64,000 bases of DNA, taken from assembly GCF_001194135.2 (NCBI RefSeq), contig NC_068997.1, positions 6,586,106-6,650,105 on the forward strand, in the 5' to 3' direction. Positions 56,601-64,000 of the stretch are shown here, piece after piece. The notes beneath the pieces are model-generated. The model searched no databases. It was not told the origin of the DNA and saw nothing but the letters and a program-made list of their open reading frames with translations. Within the stretch, counting starts at the first letter, position 1. Each line of letters opens with the position of its first letter. The stretch is from Octopus bimaculoides. Its lineage: Eukaryota. The position numbers were made by a program, and so were the translations under genes.

Positions 56601-56829
56601 AATACTATGATTATCCAAATAAAAACAAGTTTATTCAGAAATGTGGGGAAATTCCTGAGAAAACTAAATAGTTACTAGAAAATATTTAAGGTTTATAACA
56701 AAGAAAATGTATATTAAGTGGTGCTCCAGCATAGGCACAAAACAATGACTGAAACCAGTAAAAAGAAAAGAATAAAGTATGCGTGCACATTCTATCTTTT
56801 ACTGGCCTCACACACGCACACACACACAC

Positions 56830-56978
56830 TCGCTCTCTCTCTCTCTCTTGCTCTCTCTCTCTCTCTTGCTCTCTCTCTCTCTCTTGCTCTCTCTCTCTCT
56901 CTTGCTCTCTCTCTCTCTCTTGCTCTNNNNNNNNNNNNNNNNNNNNNNNNNNNNNNNNNGCTCTCTCTCTCTCTCTTG

Positions 56979-57006
<28 letters not shown>
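56830..57006. repeat. Compound (CT)n / 18-bp (CT)nTG satellite with gap
   Basis: Repeating ctctctctctctctcttg units, ~250 nt downstream of exon A in transcript sense. Confidence 0.9.
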
Positions 57007-57010
<4 letters not shown>

Positions 57011-57256
57011 CCATTATTTCAAAGAGTTTCAAATTTTCACTGGGCATTCTAACATCAGTGATTAAATTACTTTCTGTGAAGCAGCTAATTAGAGATGGAA
57101 TATACTTCAGCCACTAAAACTACTTTGCTCAAGTTGATGGCCAAAGGATGGGGGAGGGGGGGGAGGTGCTTTTCAAAAGAAGAAAGAAAATTTTTCATTT
57201 AGATTAATATTCAAAATAGATTATTAAGATAGAAGATATGTGAGAGAGAAACTTAC

Positions 57257-57355
57257 ACTGAAGGAGTTGGACTTGTGTACAGAAGGTGTTCGTTTGTTCT
57301 TGCGGACAGCAACTGGTGTTGAACCAGGCGCAACCCTGAAATCCAACTTAGAATC
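57257..57355 (-). CDS. AGAP1: Exon A of homologous trio (DSKLDFRVAPGSTPVAVRKNKRTPSVHKSNSFS)
   Basis: Acceptor cttttatttttag, donor AGT|gtaagt, 99 nt, phase 0-0; P-x-STP-x3-RKN-KR and SN-x-F shared with exon C. Confidence 0.78.
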
Positions 57356-57371
57356 CTAAAAATAAAAGTAG

Positions 57372-57384
57372 CATGCAGCATGCA
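57372..57384 (-). promoter_or_regulatory. Tandem TGCATG (Rbfox-type) motifs 17-29 nt upstream of exon A acceptor
   Basis: Plus strand catgca at 57372-57377 and 57379-57384; function inferred. Confidence 0.55.
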
Positions 57385-58219
57385 TTGTCATTAAAATAAG
57401 GTATTTTAACAGAACAACCAGCACAAGTTTCCTCATAAGACACTCTCAAATCAACAGCAGCAAATACATGCAAACAAATCTCAAAAAAAGTTACACATTA
57501 ATAGCAACTTGTAACATTTCTTCATAATATTGGAATAGAAATTTATAAGAGTCCACTAGTTGTTCCAGTCATTAAAGTATGATAAGAAGTGTCTACATGT
57601 GTATAAACACACAAGAAATTTATATCAAACTAATTTTCTCATTGTTATCTAGTTAATGTTTGTAGTATTAATTATGAATTACCCTTTAATCCACAGAAAC
57701 AAATTGAAAGAGTGCCACTGTGAAAATAATGATAGATATGTTTGATATATCACAAACTGGTGGAAAGGACATGAATTGCTGGAAACTAGACAACTCTTTG
57801 GCTGGACTTGAATAAGTGTTGAGACAAAATTAAAGAAATAACAACAGAAATGATAAATTAAAATCAAAACAAAAAAAAAAAAATCACAACTGTCTCAAAG
57901 ACTTGAAAGACATACCTAGTTGGAAAACTAATAATGGAATCCAATGTAACTCATACAAAAAGCAGAAATAATTTAAACATCATTACCATTCTGCAATCAC
58001 TTTGTTTAAAGCTATAAATATAAGGATCAGCACACCTTGGCATGTGTTTATTGTTTTGTCATAAATCACTTTAAAAAAGTTTAAAAGACAGAATTGTAAG
58101 AGGACAACAAACCTATATCAAGAATAATAACAAAATACAAAGTGATTGCTTGAGATGAACCAGAGCTGCTTCAAAGAGGTATAATTTGTATAACTGGATC
58201 TTGCTTCTTTATTCATTTA

Positions 58220-58255
<36 letters not shown>

Positions 58256-58412
58256 CATGCAGTCAATATCTTGTTATATCATAATAAGAGGGAAATGAAA
58301 ACTGTGCTTTGGTTGGTAATAAAAATTAAGATTGTACAGGTAGCATGGTGGTGAAAGGATGAGGAATAGCTACTCAATGTGGATGGACAGATTACATTAA
58401 GAATATACATAA

Positions 58413-58444
<32 letters not shown>

Positions 58445-59090
58445 CATTATTATTAAGGAGTGTAACTACTCTTACAACTGAGTTACATATGGAAACATCT
58501 GAACAAAATAAACTTCATCATAAAAGAATGACAAATAGCTTAAATATAGCAATCTTACATTAAGTGTTTCAAAATGAAGGATTTTAGTAAATGAAGGGAA
58601 CAATTAAAAATATATTTTATAATTTTAACTTATTTTAAGATAAAGTGAAGCATATTATGCAGTTAATATCCCTAAATATATAAGTGTTATTAAATTGAAT
58701 AAAATGTTAACAAAGTGATTTAAAACTACGACATAGATTCCTTACAATTAGATTACTTTAGAATTTAGGCAGTATTGCATGAAATTAATTAGGCAAAACT
58801 TAATGAAGTAAATAATGAATTAGTTAAGTATCAATACTAGCAGAGATTAAAAGATTTAATCATTCAATCCACTTCAACATTTAGCAATTGCTCATATTTA
58901 GGCCTAAAACTGTTTACTAAGTTTAGCAAGTTATAAAAAGGCAAATATTTTGAAGATTAGCAAGAGAAGCTCATTTTGTATACTCTGAATTCTTGTTTAA
59001 TAAATGTGTATTTATGAGAGCATAATTGATGAAAACACCAATAACACATATTCAGTCTAATAGAGAAACCAAAAACTGCAGATATCTTAC

Positions 59091-59117
59091 TTGTATGAAC
59101 AGTGGTACATTCAAAAG
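59091..59117 (-). CDS. Candidate 27-nt microexon (LLNVPLFIQ)
   Basis: Acceptor ttcttattttgtctaaacag, donor CAA|gtaaga, open in phase 0-0 like its host intron; no homology support. Confidence 0.35.
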
Positions 59118-60241
59118 CTGTTTAGACAAAATAAGAAATCAAGTATGGCATGGCAGAAAATTTCAATGTTTTTTATGTTAAAAATCACACATATTAACAA
59201 AATAGCATCAATAATTAGATTTTTGTCTACAAAATTCTAGAGAGAATAATGAATACCCAAGCTAGGTTAGAGCAGCCGACATGCAATAGTTTGGCACTCC
59301 AGAGTAGATGTCAAGAACAAAGACAACACACTTAGAGCAGAAATCATCAAACTGTATGTATGCAGTTGTGTGTTTGTAAGCTTGTATATGCCTCTGTATG
59401 TGTGTGTGCATCTATTCACACAAAGTGTGTGTATATATATATATATATATAAACACACATACATAGACATACACACCCAAACACACTCGCATGTATACAA
59501 ATATTATTTCAATGCTATACTGTTTCAACACAGACATCTACAACATTTAGAAAGAGAGAGAAGACAGAGTTGAAAGAACTAAGTACCACCAGGAGAAGGG
59601 AGAAAAGAAACAAGAGTTGATTCCTTCAAATGTTTGTCATATAGAAGCACTGAAAGAAGCACATTAGACTGACATAGATACTCATGCAGAAATCCAATCA
59701 TTAATATTAAATATTTCATAACTTTCAGTTCAGTGGCACATTATTATATAGTTTACTAATGAATACTATGAACATGCCAAGTCGTACTAGCAAATCAAAT
59801 CTTATTGGTATACAAGTAAAACTTGACAAGTGTTTTCTTTCTTTTCTTTTCTTTCATTTTATGACAAATGAAAAATTGTGAATAGATACCTTCGCAAAGA
59901 GTTACATAAAAACAAAATAAACAAAGTCTGAATTTAAACAAAACTGCCATAACTTCATCAATGAAGTGGTGCACATTGAAATATGTTCCAAATTACATAA
60001 ACTTGAATAAAACTCTAATTTGTATATGTTTAAAATAATTAACATTTGAAAACAACTTCTTTTTTTTTTTTTCGATATCAAGCAAAGATTAATTGAAAAG
60101 TAATGTGAAATTTCAGACTTTGTACAGAGAAGAAAGTATCAAAATAAATCAAAGAAACATAAGAACTGCACTATATATTGCCATTCTGGCGGCGGCAGTT
60201 ATAACTACCAAAATTACCCACCAAGATGAGTCACTTTATTA

Positions 60242-61719
60242 ATTTGTAACCCAAGTTGAATTAGTAAGGACTAATTAAATTTATTAATAGTCATCATCAT
60301 TTTCAGGAAAGATTTTCTTTTTATTTTCTCTTTTCAGCATTTTATTTCATTATATATTTCACAAAACTCCTTCTCACATTGAATAAAATCTTTTCTTAAA
60401 GAAAAAAAAAAGGAAGAACAGGCTACTCCTTAAAAGTTCCCCATCATAAGTGAGGGAGATGTTACAAGCCAGTTCATATCAGCTATGACAAGTAACATGC
60501 TCTGAGTTTGTAAACAAAGTAGTAGTTTGAGGAAAGAAACAGTATTATGATAGTATTAAATATTCAGATCTTATTCCAGCTTCATAAAACATTGTTCAAA
60601 TTAGTGCAAGAGTCAATAGAGAATCAGAATGTGAAATGAAGTGTCTTTCCTGTATTTCAATAATTGATTATAGTAAACTAATTTAATCACAAATAATCTT
60701 ATATATACAGTGAATGTAAAGCATAAAATTCATTCAGTAATGTAAAATGGGCCAAAGTATAATTCTTGCTTTCCTTTTAGCCAACTTACTATTTAGAGAT
60801 TGGCATCTGCCCCATACGATTGTTGAGTATTAGATTAGCTGACGATTATCAACAAAATAGTGAGATTGAAAGGGGAAGAAAAAACCTTTTCTTCAGCAAG
60901 AAATTATCTTTCTGATATCAAGTTATTTATTTCCTCTTTTCAGTACACGACATCATTTCATATGCTTTAATCAAAATATTGTTTCCAGTCTTCACTAATT
61001 TTACAAGAGAGGAAATTAATCACAATCTCTCAATACATAAAATATTTGTAATTTTTTTGTTACAATAGAAAATACAATTATAAAATTGCAGTCTGGTCAT
61101 CAGACTTTAAATTGAATGTAAACTGTATAGAAGGGTTGTAGCAAAAATTTGAATCATGCTCAAAATTTTGTTATACTTAGATAAATACTGATGTTATATG
61201 AAATAAGATACACAAAACATTTGTATGGGCTACACTTAGAAAAGCAGTTATCTACCTGCATATCTGTAGATGGTGGTCCACTGTCCGATTTCTCTTTCTG
61301 TCGACGATCACCTTTTTCACCCTTTTCTCTCATATCTTTCTCTCTAGACATCAGATCTTTAGAAGAAGATCCTGATATCTGAAACAAAAAGGAATAAATT
61401 ATTAGATTTCATTAAATTCTGCTATTATCAAAGATACCAACAGAAAATGTTGGTGACTGTTGTTTCTATATTTTTGTACCATGTTCATATATTTTAACTG
61501 GTTATGAAAGGGTAAACTTAATCAGTTTATTTACATCATTTGCAACCCAGGATGAACTAGTATGTAAGGACTAATTAAATTTAGTAATAGTCATCATCGT
61601 TTTCAGAAAAGATTTTCTTTTATTTTCTCTTTTCAGCATTTTAGTTGATTATGTATTTCACAAAACTCCTTCTCACATTGAATAAAATCTTTTCTTAAAG
61701 AAAAAAGGAGAACAGGCTA
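60242..61719. repeat. ~185-bp direct repeat pair (60242-60425, 61538-61719) bracketing exon 61256-61378
   Basis: Long identical runs such as tatttcacaaaactccttctcacattgaataaaatcttttcttaaag in both copies. Confidence 0.92.
61256..61378 (-). CDS. AGAP1: Exon: charged low-complexity linker (ISGSSSKDLMSREKDMREKGEKGDRRQKEKSDSGPPSTDMQ)
   Basis: Acceptor ccttttttgtttcag, donor CAG|gtagat, 123 nt; only phase 0 is open, compatible with exons A, B and C; assignment to this gene rests on position, strand and phase. Confidence 0.75.
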
Positions 61720-63625
61720 GTTTGAACAGAAAAGACTAATCTGGATTTAAAAGTCACCTTTCATTGTCATATTTTTGTTGAAATACACTGTGTCTGTTTC
61801 AATCAATCTTGAAAATAATGAAGTTTACAGTAAAATAACTTTGTTAAGCCAGTGTTTGGAACCTATATCAACATAAAATTTGAATGGAGGGTTTTAGTTT
61901 AGATCCCTTTATAAGAGGAAGTTTGTCTCTCAGAACCAAGGACTGTCTCAGCTGAGACAACATCAAAAGGGTTAAAATATTATGTCAGTCTGAATTCTAG
62001 TTCCATGTAAAAAAAAATGTATCAGGATATCATTATCTCAACAATTTATAATCATAAGTTTTATAACTTTAATCCTAAAATGCAAACAAATGGTTATGAT
62101 TGCTTTGAAAAAATAGCATTCAAAATTAATCCTATCAAGACATAAGAAGAAATTTATTGAAATAACTAGTTATAAACCAAATGAAAACGTTATTTCCTTT
62201 TTTGTTTACATTTTACCAACCACGCAATCCAAAAGATTGGAACAGGGTGTGTTGTTCAATTTTGAAACATTTAATGAATAGTGCATAAATATGCTTGTGA
62301 ATGGTAGTTACCAGAAAATATCAGTCTAAACAGAATTCACAAAGGGACTTTCTGAAACAGCCTAACTTCCTAATTTCTTATCAGTAAGTAACGTAATACT
62401 AATTTATTTAAAGGACTCACGAAATTTAGAATGAATGTGTTGTATAGTAAATAAATTTGTTAAATCAAGTCATAGGGGAGAAAGGATTTTTTTTTCTTGT
62501 CAAGGTCACATTCAAAACCTAAATGTACTATTATTATCCACTACTTACATCAGACTTATCCTGTAATATTATTACAATAATACACATTGTCCAAAGTTAA
62601 AGAAAAAAATTACTTAATTCACTATGATAAGGAATACAGCCTCAATCAGGATAGTATACTGCAAAAAAAAACAAAAAAAACAACAACATTCTAACATACA
62701 AATATATACCAATATCTATGCAGTGTTATGAGATGTTAACATATTTCTATAATGCAAGGCTAATTTAAATCCTGTAAAGTTTATTCAATTGATTTTCAAT
62801 TATTATGAACCACATCTTCAGGGGAAATTATTAATAAATGAAGAATTTCCATGTAGTTTAGGGCAATGTTTTCAAAAGTGGGAACCCTAAACTGCTACTG
62901 ATTTAGGGAAATACATTCATTCTGAAAGTCATGAAGAATAATATTACCTCGAAGTTGCCCAACAGTTAATAACAAATAACATAAGTAGAGTACCTGAATG
63001 GATTAGAATAGACATGGAACTCTTCTAACCAAGCACCGGTAACAAAAGTTCCAAAGTGAAATAAATTGGTTGGCAGCCATAAGGAAGAGAAAAACTGTAA
63101 TGCTTTAAGCAGTATTTTATGTGAGATTGACCAAAAGGTTAGATTTCTTCTCTTTCTGATGGCAAATCAATTTACTTCACTTTTGAATTGTTTATATTCA
63201 CTAGCTACTGATGACACAGAGACCACAAGTAGCTGCCTTGGCTCATATTGTTTAGATTAGTCAGAAGGGTTAAAGTAGTGCCTTTTTAGGAACTCTGAGA
63301 CTGGTGAGAGAGACACTCATCCTCTGACTGAAAACATGCTCAGAAAGCTTGCAATAAGAGTGGGTTCTGCTTAGGTCAACCAACGTGTGCGAGTTGCTAG
63401 TATTAAACTAGACAACATGCAAATCTACCCAAGCTCCATTGATCCAAAGTCATGCATTGTGTACATCTGGATTTCTAACTAAAAAAAACTACTGAATACA
63501 AAAGTAGAGAGTATTTATTAGAATGTTACTATTACTCTCTATTACTCCTCTGATCATCTAATGTGACCAGCTTATATGTATATACAAACATATATAAATA
63601 TATAGATATATAAATATATAGATAT

Positions 63626-63786
63626 CTCGGAGTGGTTGGCGTTAGGAAGGGCATCCAGCTGTAGAAACTCTGCCAAATTAGACTGGAGCCTGGTGTTGCC
63701 ATCCGGTTTCACCAGTCCTCAGTCAAATCGTCCAACCCATGTCAGCATGGAAAGCGGACGTTAAACGATGATGATGATGATGATGA
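63626..63786 (+). mobile_element. Young RTE 3'-end copy with (GAT)n tail inserted in AT microsatellite
   Basis: 4 differences from 36601-36736 over ~136 nt. Confidence 0.9.
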
Positions 63787-64000
63787 ATTAGAGATATAGA
63801 TATATATATAAATTTGTAGATATATATAAACTTATAGATATATATAAATATATATAAACGCATAGATATATAAATAAATATAAATAAATAAATATATATA
63901 TATATAATTTATATTTATATATATATACACATATATGACAGATAGATAGATAAATATAATATAAAGATATATGTAAATAGAAATATATATATATGTATAT

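Noticed and set aside
61944-61959. 16-bp perfect palindrome tgtctcagctgagaca
   Set aside because: Isolated and probably part of a decayed MITE end.

Overview
AT-rich, microsatellite-dense eukaryotic genomic DNA with several N gaps. The repeat families, (GAT)n-tailed RTE LINE ends and tRNA-derived SINEs, suggest an octopus or other coleoid cephalopod (inference). The whole window lies inside one minus-strand gene, an AGAP1/centaurin-gamma-1A-type ArfGAP (Ser/basic linker, split PH domain, C-x2-C-x16-C-x2-C ArfGAP domain, ankyrin repeat). I traced its exons by hand with AG/GT boundaries and consistent phases from 61378 down to 1367. The N-terminal GTPase-like domain and the terminal exon are outside the window, and some coding sequence is lost in two gaps. 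Main finding: the ~40 kb between exons 61256-61378 and 20894-20962 holds three homologous phase-0 exons (57257-57355, 46118-46204, 27638-27724) sharing P-x-S-T-P-x4-K-N-[KR]...S-N. Two have TGCATG (Rbfox-type) motifs just upstream of their acceptors. This is a candidate mutually exclusive exon cassette that would swap a kinase-site/basic motif next to the PH domain. Also present are candidate microexons, a symmetric cassette exon in the PH insert, and several long intronic inverted repeats that could form dsRNA (possible ADAR substrates or splicing loops). All splicing claims are predictions from DNA and need RNA evidence.
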